Part shown: in pieces, positions 8,873-18,464 of the stretch
Layout: every line of letters starts with the position of its first letter
Numbering within the stretch: the stretch's first letter is position 1
From: Armatimonadota bacterium
GTDB lineage: Bacteria; Armatimonadota; UBA10988
NCBI GenBank assembly: GCA_016235455.1
Contig: JACRKZ010000032.1
Span: 13,639 to 77,638, forward strand
Reading direction: 5' to 3'
DNA length: 64,000 bases
Made by a program: the position numbers and the translations under genes
Notes under the pieces: generated by a model
Databases searched by the model: none
What the model saw: only the letters and a program-made list of their open reading frames with translations
Told to the model about the DNA's origin: nothing

Positions 8873-10717
8873 ATGGCAACCGCGCAGCCCAAGTCGCCCG
8901 TGAGTTGGACCGCAACGCTCGAGCCCACGCCGGCCCGGCCCGGCGAGGTGGTCGTCCTGCGGCTCGAGGCCACCATCGGCGCACCGTGGCACATCTACGG
9001 CACCGACAAGGTCGAAGGGCCGGTGGCCACCTCGTTCGCCCTGGCCGCGGCCTCGCCGCTGACCACCGACGGCGGGCTGCTGCAGAGCGAGCCCAAGCGC
9101 AAGCATGACGAGGCCTTTGGCGTCGAGGTGACCTACCACGAGGGCACCGTGACCCTGCGCCAGCCGCTGCGCCTGCCCCGCAGCGCACGCCCGGGCGACC
9201 TCACCGTAGCCGGCACGGTGCGCTTCCAGGCCTGCACCGACAAGAGCTGCCTGCCGCCAGCCAAGGCGCCCATCTCCGTGCCGCTGAAGGTGGAGGCGGG
9301 CGCCGTGCGCGCCGAGTACGCCAAGCCGCCGGTCGCGCCCAAGACCGTCGCGCCACCGGCGCCGACCAGGAAGCCCGCGGCGGCCACCTCGACCGAAGGC
9401 ACCGCCGATGTGGCGCGACGCGCGGGCCTGTTGCGGTTCCTGCTGGTGGCCTTCCTGGCCGGGCTGGCCGCGCTGCTCACGCCGTGCGTGTTCCCCATGA
9501 TCCCCATCACGGTCAGCTTCTTCACCAAGCAGGCCGGCGACAACCCGCGCAAACGCGTCTCGCTGGCGCTGTTCTATGGTGCGGGCATCATGGTCATGTA
9601 CACCGGGCTGGGCCTGGTCATGGCGGCCACCATGGGCGCCACCGGCGCGCAACGCGTGGCGGCCAATCCGTTCGTCAACCTGTTCTTCGCCGCGCTGTTC
9701 ATCTTCTTCTCGATCAGCCTGTTTGGCTACTTCGAGCTGCAACTGCCCTCGGGCCTGGTCAACCGCAGCAGCCGCATGGGCTCGGCCGGCGGCTACCTGG
9801 GCGCGCTGTTCATGGGCCTGACGCTGACCCTGGCGGCGTTCACCTGCACGGTGCAGTTCGTGGGCGGCGTCCTGGTCTGGGCGGCCAACGGCGAGTGGGT
9901 GTGGCCCATCCTGGGCATGGTCAGCTTCTCCACCGCCTTCGCCGCGCCGTTCGTGCTGCTGGCGCTGTTCCCCCAGTACCTGGCCTCGATGCCGCGGTCA
10001 GGCGGCTGGCTGCACCACACCAAGGTGGTGCTGGCCTTCATTGAGGTCGGCGCGGCGCTCAAGTTCATCTCCAACGCCGACCTGGTCTGGCAGTGGAAGG
10101 TGCTCAGCCGCGAGCTGGTGCTCGGCAGTTGGTCGGCGCTGTGCTTCCTCACGGCGGTCTACCTGTGGGGTCGACTGCGCATCGCCGACGGCGACTGCCC
10201 CGACCGTGTCAGCCGCGGGAGGCGCACGCTGGCCGGGGTATTCGCGCTGCTCTGCGTCTATCTGGCCTGGGGCCTGACCGGCGCGCGCCTGCAATCCACC
10301 GCCGAGGCGCTGCTGCCGCCGGCGGGCTACGGCCGCGGCGCCCAGGCCGCCGAGACCGCCTGGACCACCGACTACGACGTCGGCCTGGCCAAGGCCCGCG
10401 AGAGCGGCCAGGTGGCGCTGGTGGACTACACCGGTGTGACCTGCACCAACTGCCGCTGGATGGAGCAGAACATGTTCCCCAAGCCGGCCGTGGCGCAGCG
10501 ACTGGCCAAGATGACGCTGATCCGGCTCTACACCGACCAGGGCGACCGGGCCGAGCAGTACCGCGACATGCAGGTGGCCAACTACAAGACCATCTCGCTA
10601 CCGTTCTATGCGGTCGTCGCGCCTGACGGCACGACACTGGCCACCTTCGACGGCATGACCCGGGACGAGGCGGCGTTTGTCGCGTTCCTGGACAAGGGTT
10701 TGGCAGGCGGCAAGTAG
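8873..10717 (+). CDS. dsbD: thiol:disulfide interchange protein DsbD (N-terminal Ig domain, TM domain, thioredoxin)
   Basis: FQACTDKSCLPP, LLTPCVFPMIP, AFTCT, C-terminal CTNC thioredoxin. The 5' end may be frameshifted (see findings). Confidence 0.9.
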   Translation: MATAQPKSPVSWTATLEPTPARPGEVVVLRLEATIGAPWHIYGTDKVEGPVATSFALAAASPLTTDGGLLQSEPKRKHDEAFGVEVTYHEGTVTLRQPLRLPRSARPGDLTVAGTVRFQACTDKSCLPPAKAPISVPLKVEAGAVRAEYAKPPVAPKTVAPPAPTRKPAAATSTEGTADVARRAGLLRFLLVAFLAGLAALLTPCVFPMIPITVSFFTKQAGDNPRKRVSLALFYGAGIMVMYTGLGLVMAATMGATGAQRVAANPFVNLFFAALFIFFSISLFGYFELQLPSGLVNRSSRMGSAGGYLGALFMGLTLTLAAFTCTVQFVGGVLVWAANGEWVWPILGMVSFSTAFAAPFVLLALFPQYLASMPRSGGWLHHTKVVLAFIEVGAALKFISNADLVWQWKVLSRELVLGSWSALCFLTAVYLWGRLRIADGDCPDRVSRGRRTLAGVFALLCVYLAWGLTGARLQSTAEALLPPAGYGRGAQAAETAWTTDYDVGLAKARESGQVALVDYTGVTCTNCRWMEQNMFPKPAVAQRLAKMTLIRLYTDQGDRAEQYRDMQVANYKTISLPFYAVVAPDGTTLATFDGMTRDEAAFVAFLDKGLAGGK

Positions 10718-10852
10718 CCTACGGAAGCCGCACGCTGCTGGTAACGATGGCGCCAACCCTCACCTAACGCGGTTTGGCCCAGCAACGGGCGAGCCCAGGC
10801 CTGCGTCGGTCGATGGCCTACACGCCGTGTAGCACGACCGCAGCGTGCGACT

Positions 10853-10891
10853 CGGAGGCGCGGAGGTGCAGGGGGCACCTCCGCGCCTCCG
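10853..10891. terminator. perfect 17-bp hairpin between convergent genes
   Basis: CGGAGGCGCGGAGGTGC / GCACCTCCGCGCCTCCG. Confidence 0.7.
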
Positions 10892-10897
10892 GGGGTC

Positions 10898-12610
10898 TCA
10901 CCCCACCGGCACCAACTCCACCGCCGCCAGGTGCAGCGGCGCGCCGTCGGGGATGGTGACCGCTGCCAGCCGCAGGACCTGGTCCGCGCCGGCCTCCAGC
11001 GTCACGCTGCCGAGCGACGTGGCGTGCTCGGGGAAGTACTGGCTGCGCGGCGATGTCACCGGCGTCTCGGCATCGAGCGTGCCACTCACCACCTGGCCCG
11101 CCACCTCGCCGCGCACGGTCTGGCCGGTGGGCGCGGGCTTCTCCTGCCAGGGCGAACAGAGCACCACGCGCACGTCATACTTGCCCGCCACATGGTTGCC
11201 AAAGCGCCACGACAGGCTGTCGCGCGTGTCGCGCCAGTTGCTCAACGAGCCGGTGCGCGTGGCCGCCAGGGCGCCGTCGATGTCGCTACCCACGTGTCGT
11301 TCGGCCAGGTAGCCGGGCAGCACGATGCGGCCGTCGGCACGCTGCCAGAGGGTCTCATCGATCTCGGGCGGCCCGGTGAGCTGCAGCGCAATGACCGAAA
11401 CATCGGCGTCCGGTGCGGCCTCGGGCAGGGCGAGGCGCAGCGCGTAGCGGCTGAGCCCAAAGTCGTGCGTCTCGGCGAACAGCAGGTCCTCCTCGGGCTG
11501 GGCCAGCAGCCAGGCGCGGTCAACCGGTGTCTGGAGGCCGAGGATCTCTATCTCGGGCTGCCACTCGGTGACCAGCAAGTAGAGCCTATCGCCGCGGACC
11601 GTCACGCGACCCCACTCAAACTCCGCGGCGAACGGGCTGGCCGACGTACCGTAGATGGCGTCGCCGTTGACGTCCATCCAGCGGCCTACGGCGCGCAGTA
11701 GCTCAGTGCTCGGGCCGGGAATCTCGCCCAGCGCCGTGGGCCCGACGTTGAGCAGGTAGTTCACGCCCTTGCTGGCCAGTTCCACAAGCAGGTGCAGCAG
11801 TTCGCGCGTCGTCTTCCAGTGGTGGTCGTCGCTGCGGTAGCCCCAGGTGTCGTTGAGCGTGGCCGGCGTCTCCCAGTCGCCCGAGACCGGGCCGAGCGGG
11901 ATCTGGTTGTCGCCCAGACTGCCATAGTCGCCCACATCGTGGCCGACACGGCCGCTGACCAGGCAGTCGGGCTGCAGGCTATGCACCAGATCGCCCAGCG
12001 ACTCGCTCTGCTCGCGGCTGATGACCACGGGCGTATCGAACCAGATCAGGCCGATCGGGCCGTACTGGGTCAGCAACTCGCGCACCTGCGGCTTGACCTT
12101 CTCCTCCAGGTACTGGGCGAAGCGGTCCGCCTCGACCGTCTGGCTCCACCAGGGCGTGCCGCCAGCCTCTTCCCAGTGGCCGGCGCCGCCAGGGGCGTGC
12201 CAGTCCTGGGCCTGGGAGTAGTAGAAGCACAGGCGCAGGCCGTGCCGGCGGCAGGCCTCGGCCAGCTCGGCCATCGGGTCGCGCCCGAACGGGGTGGCAT
12301 CGACGATGTTGAAGGGGTTGCAGGGCGAGTGGTACATGGCGAAGCCGTCGTGGTGCTTGGCGGTGATGACCAGGTACTTCATCCCGGCCGCCGCGGCCAA
12401 CGCCACCCAGGCCTCGGCGTCGAAGCGCGCGGGGTTGAACTGCCCGGCCAGCGCCTCATACTCGTCGAGTGGGATCTGGCCGTTGCGCAGCACCCACTCG
12501 CCGAGGCCGGACACCGGCTTCCCGTTCCACTGGCCCGCGGGCAGGGCGTAGAGCCCCCAGTGGATGAACATGCCAAAGCGCGATTCGCGCCACCAGGTCA
12601 AGTCGGCCAT
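10898..12610 (-). CDS. alpha-L-fucosidase (GH29)
   Basis: WWRESRFGMFIHWG, TAKHHDGF, LIWFD, WETPATLNDTWGY, NYLLNVGP. Confidence 0.93.
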   Translation of the reverse strand: MADLTWWRESRFGMFIHWGLYALPAGQWNGKPVSGLGEWVLRNGQIPLDEYEALAGQFNPARFDAEAWVALAAAAGMKYLVITAKHHDGFAMYHSPCNPFNIVDATPFGRDPMAELAEACRRHGLRLCFYYSQAQDWHAPGGAGHWEEAGGTPWWSQTVEADRFAQYLEEKVKPQVRELLTQYGPIGLIWFDTPVVISREQSESLGDLVHSLQPDCLVSGRVGHDVGDYGSLGDNQIPLGPVSGDWETPATLNDTWGYRSDDHHWKTTRELLHLLVELASKGVNYLLNVGPTALGEIPGPSTELLRAVGRWMDVNGDAIYGTSASPFAAEFEWGRVTVRGDRLYLLVTEWQPEIEILGLQTPVDRAWLLAQPEEDLLFAETHDFGLSRYALRLALPEAAPDADVSVIALQLTGPPEIDETLWQRADGRIVLPGYLAERHVGSDIDGALAATRTGSLSNWRDTRDSLSWRFGNHVAGKYDVRVVLCSPWQEKPAPTGQTVRGEVAGQVVSGTLDAETPVTSPRSQYFPEHATSLGSVTLEAGADQVLRLAAVTIPDGAPLHLAAVELVPVG

Positions 12611-12614
12611 CGGA

Positions 12615-15071
12615 CTACCTTTCCACTCGCCAGCGCCGGGGCGGATCCACCGGCTGCGCCTGGCCCAGGCCGGCCAGGTTGAGCCCGCGCAGCTTGAGGT
12701 GGCCACCGAGCACCTGCAGTTCGAGATCGATGCCGGTCTCGTCCGGCGCCTGCCGCAGCGTGCCCCAGGACTCGCCGGTGGACCAGAACCAGCGCACCGG
12801 CTTCTCGGCCGGGGCGAAGATCATCTGGCCGGTGACCGCCGACCAATGGAAGCCGGTCAGCGCCAGAACCGCGCCCCACGAGGCCATGGCGCGCGCGTAA
12901 TGGTGGCCGCACTCCGCCTCATCGAACGGGCTGCGCCGGGCGCCGTCATAGCGCGCTCGGATGGCGCTGATGCACTCCAGCCCATGCTCGAGCTGGCCCT
13001 CAATGAGCATGTGCACCGCGGCGGCATACTCGAAGCCGGTCATCACTTCGTTGAAGTACGGGAACGGTCGCCGGGGACGGCGTCCACGCGGGTAGGTGGC
13101 CATGACCAGCGCCGATTCGTCGTTCAGGGCGAAGCTGCGCATGTGGTTGAACTGGCCAAACAGGTCGCGCTTGTAGTTGTGGCGGTAGATGGCTTCCAGT
13201 GTGGCCTTGACATGCTCCGGGTCGAGCAGCGGCCCGAGCCCGGCCAGGCTGGCCAGGTACTGCCCGACCAACTGGTCGACCAGACAGCCCGCGCCGAGTT
13301 GCAGCACGGGGTCGCTCAGGTCCTTGGCGCCCATATCTGCCTGAAGGCCGGGCGCGATAGGTCCGGTCGGCGGCACCACCTGATGCTCGTAGTACTCGCC
13401 GTTGAACAGGTTGCCATCGACCCAGGCGCTGCCCGCATCGAACAGCCGGCGGCATTCGTTGGCGAAGTCCGGCTCGCCCAGATGCCGCGCCATTTCCTCG
13501 CCGGCGCGCAGCGCGCCGAGGTACCAGGCGGCCATCTGCGGGTTCGGGCCGAAGTACTCGACGTCCATGGTGTTGTGCTGGCAGCCTTCCATGACGCCGT
13601 CGCGATCGGCATCCCAGCCGCCCTCGATCCAGCAAAACTCGATGGCACGACGCGCCGCCGGCCACAGCCGCCTCAGCCACTCGTCATCGCCCGAGAGCTG
13701 CCATTCGCGGTACAGCTTGATGAGGCAGCCCATCTGCCCGTCGGCCGCGGCGATGCCGAACTCCTGCGCGCGGCTCAGCGGCAGGTGCACGCGGAAGCTC
13801 ATCAGGCCGTTCTCGGCGGTGCAGCGGTCGAACTCAATCTCGCGCAGGCCGCGCGCCAACTCGCCGAACAGGTGCGCCGTGGCCGGCTCGTAGTTCCAGA
13901 CATGCGTGCAGGTTCCGTGACAGCAGCCAGCGCGGTCGCCGCAGCCTTCCCAGGCGTACATGCAGCCATCCTCGGTGCGGAAGGTGGTCTGGCTGCGCAA
14001 CGCGGTCAGGTTGCATAGCGCGGCGTCCTTGACCACGCCCGGCAGGTCGCTGTCAGCCACCGCGCCGACGAAGGCCAGCGTGTCGCGTTCGAGCACGGGC
14101 AGGTCGGCGGCCACGGCGGCGGCGGCCGACCAGGCATCGTCATGCCGCGTGGTGTACCAGTTGCCGATGCGGTTCGGGCCGTCCTCGCGCGGGGTCCAGG
14201 TCATCCGGTTGGGGAAGTGCCAGCAGAGCAGGAAGGTCACTGGCACCTCGCCGCCGGGCGGCACCTCGACGCGCACGGCCAGCGAGGCCTGCGGGTTGGC
14301 CTGTCCGCTGGAGTCGCGCTCGTCGAGCCGGCCGTCGTCGCTCCAGTCGTCCCAGAAGTCGAGCAGCGTGTCGCCCCAGGAGAGCTGCGCCCAAGCGGTG
14401 CGCGCCGTCACCTCGCCCTCGGACGGCGTAACCAGCGCCAGGCTGCCCCACTGCTCCGCTTCGGGGTCCACGCCGGCGCTGTCACAGAACAGCCCGCGCA
14501 GGCCGTCGGCCTCGCGGTAGACGTTGCGGTTGCCCTTCGACTCGCCGGCACTGCCGTCGCGGCCGACGAAGTTCTCAAGGCCGAGACATACCGCCGCGGG
14601 CTGCGGCTGGTCGGTGGGGTTGATCAGCACATAGCGCAGCACGGCGGTGGGCAGGCCACTGCGCTCGGCATCGGTGGGGATCAACGGGTTGAAAGCCTCC
14701 AGCCGGACATTGACTGGCACGGCCGGGTCGGAGAGCAGGACCTGGCCAAAGGGATAGGCGGCCAGGAACTCGCCGGAGCGGAAGCGCGGCAGGCCATGGT
14801 TGGCCGCAGTGGCGCCCGACGCGCCCTCATAGTGCGGGCGCAGAACGCTTTCCAGCGCGCGCGAGGCGGTCGGGGTCCACAGCGAGGCAAACGCCCAGCG
14901 CGGCGCAAAACCCTTGGCCGGGCGGTTGACGATCTCCCAATCCCGCAGGTCGCCTCGGCCGCCGAGGCTGACCGTGCCCGTGCCAATGCCGCCCAGCGGC
15001 AGCGCGATGCGCTCCAGGTGATCGGCATCGTAGCGCGTCACCACCGGCCAGCGCGGATTGCCCAGAACCAT
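12615..15071 (-). CDS. GH116 family glycoside hydrolase (non-lysosomal glucosylceramidase-like)
   Basis: PLGGIGTG, AWEGC, CTHVWNY, AADGQMG, QHNTMDVE, NEVMTGFEY, ECGHHYARAMASW. Confidence 0.9.
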   Translation of the reverse strand: MVLGNPRWPVVTRYDADHLERIALPLGGIGTGTVSLGGRGDLRDWEIVNRPAKGFAPRWAFASLWTPTASRALESVLRPHYEGASGATAANHGLPRFRSGEFLAAYPFGQVLLSDPAVPVNVRLEAFNPLIPTDAERSGLPTAVLRYVLINPTDQPQPAAVCLGLENFVGRDGSAGESKGNRNVYREADGLRGLFCDSAGVDPEAEQWGSLALVTPSEGEVTARTAWAQLSWGDTLLDFWDDWSDDGRLDERDSSGQANPQASLAVRVEVPPGGEVPVTFLLCWHFPNRMTWTPREDGPNRIGNWYTTRHDDAWSAAAAVAADLPVLERDTLAFVGAVADSDLPGVVKDAALCNLTALRSQTTFRTEDGCMYAWEGCGDRAGCCHGTCTHVWNYEPATAHLFGELARGLREIEFDRCTAENGLMSFRVHLPLSRAQEFGIAAADGQMGCLIKLYREWQLSGDDEWLRRLWPAARRAIEFCWIEGGWDADRDGVMEGCQHNTMDVEYFGPNPQMAAWYLGALRAGEEMARHLGEPDFANECRRLFDAGSAWVDGNLFNGEYYEHQVVPPTGPIAPGLQADMGAKDLSDPVLQLGAGCLVDQLVGQYLASLAGLGPLLDPEHVKATLEAIYRHNYKRDLFGQFNHMRSFALNDESALVMATYPRGRRPRRPFPYFNEVMTGFEYAAAVHMLIEGQLEHGLECISAIRARYDGARRSPFDEAECGHHYARAMASWGAVLALTGFHWSAVTGQMIFAPAEKPVRWFWSTGESWGTLRQAPDETGIDLELQVLGGHLKLRGLNLAGLGQAQPVDPPRRWRVER

Positions 15072-15178
15072 GTGTGCAGACTCCCTTGAGGCCATACCAT
15101 AGCCGATCCGCGGCTGCGGCGCCACGCTCTCCGTGGCGGTACCCGAGCGGATTGGCTACACTTGTCGTGGAGCCTGCC

Positions 15179-17770
15179 ATGCAACGCTACATGCCGCTCG
15201 TTCTACTGCTCGCCCTGCCGCTGCGGGCGCAGCCGGTACCGGTCACCCTTGACTCGGCGACCCGCCACCAGACGATACTCGGCTGGGGCGCCACGGCCGC
15301 GCGCATGGATCTGCCCGACCGGCTGCGCGCCGCGGTGCTCGACGAGGCGGTCAACGACCTGGGCCTGACTCGGCTGCGCTTCGAGATCCCGCGGCGCGAG
15401 TGGGAAGACGCGGTCAATGACGACAACGACCCGTACCACGTCAGCCCGGCCGCCTTCCGAAGCGCCGAGATCGATCGGTTGGCGGAGGATTGGGTACTGC
15501 CCTTCAGGCAGCGGGTGGAGGCGCGGCGCGAGCCGTTCAACCTGTACATCAGCCCGTCGTTCTTCGACGGCGGCAGCTCGGGCACGGCGCCGGCCTGGCT
15601 GCTGGGCAGCCCGGCCGAGTACACGGAATGGGCCACCGCCTTCATCGTGCACCTGCGCACCAAGTACGGCCTGGTGCCCGACCTCTATTCGATCTGCAAC
15701 GAGGCCGGCAACAACAACGGCTTCGACCCGCGAGCCATGGCGGCCATCGCCCGCGAACTGGGCCCGGCGCTGGCTCGCCTCGGCCTCAAGACTCGGCTGG
15801 AATATCCCGAGTGCGTCAATCCCGAGACTACGGTGCGCTACCTCCAGGCTATCGCCAAGGACGAGGACGTCTGGCCGTGGATCGGCGTGCTGTCCTATCA
15901 CCTCTACGGCGAGTGCAGCACGCGGCCGACGATCCGCGACCTGGGTCTGGCCCGGCATGTGCCCACCGCGCAGACCGAATTCATGGGCACCACCATCAAC
16001 GACCTGTACCGCGACCTCACCGACGGCGGCTGCTCCTACTGGGAGCACTATGTGCTGAGTGGCCGGCAGACCAACGGCCAGGTGCACAACGGCTGCTACC
16101 TGGGCACCGAGCCCATGGGCACGGCCTTCGCGCGCTATCCGCACTACTGGATGTTCCGGGCCGTGATGCACTACGTGCGGCCGGGCGCGGTGCGCATCGC
16201 GGCGACGTCGCCGGAGCCCACGGTCGGCTGCCTGGCCTTCGACCAGGGCGGCGGGGTGACGGCCATCGTGCTCAACACCCGCGGCGGCGGCGACCGCCAG
16301 GTGGCGCTCACCGGTCTACCCGCGGGCCGCTATGGCGTGTGCCAGAGCCAGCCCGGCCTGCCCTATCGCGAACTGGGTGTGCAGACCGTGACCGCGGGCT
16401 CACCGCTGTCGCTCAACGTGGCCCGTGACTGCGCGCTCACGGTCTACCCCTACAGCGGGGTCAACCAGGCGCCGGTCGTGACCGATGCGGTGGCCACTCC
16501 GAGCTGGCTGGCGAGCCCCCGCGACGCGCTGATGCTCAGCGCCCAAGGCACCGACGCGGAGTCCAACGCCATCACCTGGCGCTGGTCGGTCATCGCCCAG
16601 CCGGCCGGCGCGGCGGCTGCCCTGGCCAGCCCCGACTCGGCCAAGACCGGCGTGACCGGGCTGACGGTGCCTGGCGAGTATGGATTCGCGGCAGCCGCCA
16701 GCGATGGCGCCGGCACCGGGCGGCGCGAAGTGTGGGTGCGCGTGAACGACCGCAACCAGCCTCCGTCGACGCCCGACCTGCACTACCGGTTGCCCGTGAC
16801 GCTGGCCCTGCCGGCCACGCAGACCGAACTGCGCGGCTGGTCGATCGACCCCGAGGGTGATGCGCTGACCTACGCCTGGACCATCGTCAGCCAACCGGCC
16901 GGCGCCGCCGCGCGGCTGGCCACACCTGACAAAGGTCAGACCAAGCTCGATGGGCTGACCACCGCGGGCGTCTACCGCTGCCGGCTGACCGCCTCCGACG
17001 GCACGAGCACCGTCAGCAACACCATCGACGTCACGGTCCATCCGGACCTCAAGCCACCGGTGATCAGCGCCGTGCAGGCCTGGCCGGCAGCCCTGGTGCA
17101 GCCAGCCGCCAGCAGCACCCTGACCGTGAGCACCAGCGACCCGCAGGGCGGCGCCGTCACGCACTGGTGGTCGGTGCTGGCCGCCCCGGCCGGCGCCAAG
17201 CCGTTGTTCACACGTCCGGGCAGTGCCAAGACCGATGTCGCCGGGCTGGAGCTGCCCGGCCAGTACACCTTCGAAGTGGCCGCCATCAACCAGACCAAAA
17301 CGACCCGAGGTCGGGTCGCGGTGACGGTGACCGCGTCGGCAACCGCGCCGACTCCGGTTGGCGCGCAGCCCTTGGTGCCCGGTGTGGTTCCGCCGGGCCA
17401 GCCGGGCGGCGCGCAACCCATCGGCGGCCAGCCAGCAGGCGGTCAGCCCGGCGGGGCCGCGCCAGCCACCACCGGCCAGCCCAGCGACCCGCCCCAACCC
17501 ACGACGCGCGATGACCGCGTGATCACCGCGCGCGGCTATACGTTGGGGCGCGTGAGCGCGATCGGTCCGACCTGGATCGAGGTCACTTCGGATAGCGGAG
17601 CCACGGCCCGGTACATCCCCGAGTGGCACGGCGGCATGCCGGCCAACGGCGGCGGGCCGGACAAGGCCGTGGTGGCACAGATCCAGGCGCTGGCGGTCGG
17701 CGCACGCGTTCGTGCTGATTGGCATGTCAACGACCACATCCGCCTGGAGCAGATCCGGGCCGTGCCGTAG
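15179..17770 (+). CDS. secreted clan GH-A (GH30-like) hydrolase with three PKD/K319L-like repeats, a Pro/Gly linker and a C-terminal small domain
   Basis: Signal peptide; HQTILGWG, ICNE (acid/base), AQTEF (nucleophile), HYVRPGAVRI; three W-S/T-V/I-x-x-x-P-A-G-A repeats. Confidence 0.75.
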   Translation: MQRYMPLVLLLALPLRAQPVPVTLDSATRHQTILGWGATAARMDLPDRLRAAVLDEAVNDLGLTRLRFEIPRREWEDAVNDDNDPYHVSPAAFRSAEIDRLAEDWVLPFRQRVEARREPFNLYISPSFFDGGSSGTAPAWLLGSPAEYTEWATAFIVHLRTKYGLVPDLYSICNEAGNNNGFDPRAMAAIARELGPALARLGLKTRLEYPECVNPETTVRYLQAIAKDEDVWPWIGVLSYHLYGECSTRPTIRDLGLARHVPTAQTEFMGTTINDLYRDLTDGGCSYWEHYVLSGRQTNGQVHNGCYLGTEPMGTAFARYPHYWMFRAVMHYVRPGAVRIAATSPEPTVGCLAFDQGGGVTAIVLNTRGGGDRQVALTGLPAGRYGVCQSQPGLPYRELGVQTVTAGSPLSLNVARDCALTVYPYSGVNQAPVVTDAVATPSWLASPRDALMLSAQGTDAESNAITWRWSVIAQPAGAAAALASPDSAKTGVTGLTVPGEYGFAAAASDGAGTGRREVWVRVNDRNQPPSTPDLHYRLPVTLALPATQTELRGWSIDPEGDALTYAWTIVSQPAGAAARLATPDKGQTKLDGLTTAGVYRCRLTASDGTSTVSNTIDVTVHPDLKPPVISAVQAWPAALVQPAASSTLTVSTSDPQGGAVTHWWSVLAAPAGAKPLFTRPGSAKTDVAGLELPGQYTFEVAAINQTKTTRGRVAVTVTASATAPTPVGAQPLVPGVVPPGQPGGAQPIGGQPAGGQPGGAAPATTGQPSDPPQPTTRDDRVITARGYTLGRVSAIGPTWIEVTSDSGATARYIPEWHGGMPANGGGPDKAVVAQIQALAVGARVRADWHVNDHIRLEQIRAVP

Positions 17771-17784
17771 GCCGGACCCAAACA

Positions 17785-17813
17785 AGCAGGCCGGGCGCTG
17801 GGCCCGGCCTGCT
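17785..17813. terminator. 12-bp hairpin, probable terminator
   Basis: AGCAGGCCGGGC / GCCCGGCCTGCT between convergent genes; a second hairpin lies at 17843-17870. Confidence 0.6.
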
Positions 17814-17879
17814 CTCTGGGGGGGTCGTGTTCTATCTGGTCCTGGCCCGGCCGGCTACGCAGCCGGGCCAAACTGTGTC

Positions 17880-18311
17880 CTACTGGACGCCCGGCTGCAT
17901 GGGTTGACCAGGCATGCCGCCACCGGGCATTCCGCCGCCCGGCATGCCGCCGCCGGGCATACCCGGCATCTGCGGCGTGGGCATCGGCAGGTCCTTCTGC
18001 GCCAGGACCGCCAGGGTCTTGGGGTCGAGCCGGAAGATGCGGTTGCTGATCACCACGTAGATGCAGTCTGTCGCTACCGCGATGACCGGAGTGTTATTGG
18101 CGCCGGGCGGCATGCCCATCATGGGCATACCCATGCCGGGCATTCCCATGCCCATGCCCATGCCACCTGGGCGGTTGCCTTGGCCTTGACCGCCCTGGCC
18201 TCCGCCAGCCTGGCCGCCCCACGGTCCCTGCGCTACCGCCGCGGCGCACAGGCCGAGCACTACCAGCAAGGTCCAGCCGTAAACCGTCTGCTTCTTGCGA
18301 TCTGCCATCAT
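17880..18311 (-). CDS. small secreted Met/Gly/Pro-rich protein
   Basis: AGGAG RBS, signal peptide, GMGMGMGMPGMGMPMMGM tract, C-terminal GGMPG repeats. Confidence 0.75.
   Translation of the reverse strand: MMADRKKQTVYGWTLLVVLGLCAAAVAQGPWGGQAGGGQGGQGQGNRPGGMGMGMGMPGMGMPMMGMPPGANNTPVIAVATDCIYVVISNRIFRLDPKTLAVLAQKDLPMPTPQMPGMPGGGMPGGGMPGGGMPGQPMQPGVQ
17911..17969. repeat. 15-bp coding tandem repeat (GGMPG units)
   Basis: GGCAT recurs at 17911, 17926, 17941 and 17956 (period 15). Confidence 0.75.
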
Positions 18312-18464
18312 CGTTCTCCTGCTCGCGCTTCAGCCTGGCCTCTGCGGCTGCGCTGATAGATAGATGGTACCCGAACGCCGTAGCGCTCGGACAGTGTGGC
18401 GCATGACAATACTGTCATGCATCCTGGGCTTGAGAGAGTCACTCCTAAGGCATAGAGTTACACC

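Noticed and set aside
8849-8875. In-frame TGA before the dsbD ATG as possible selenocysteine readthrough
   Set aside because: The upstream frame (WFVVGGG) belongs to the sulfatase shadow ORF, the position is not a conserved Cys, and no SECIS-like hairpin was recognised.
10750-10805. HDV-like ribozyme resemblance (GG-hairpin-CGAG)
   Set aside because: Could not find the complementary P1/P2 strands needed for the nested pseudoknot.
17395-17460. GGCCAGCC/GGCGG repeats
   Set aside because: Coding low-complexity GGQP linker, not a CRISPR or mobile repeat.
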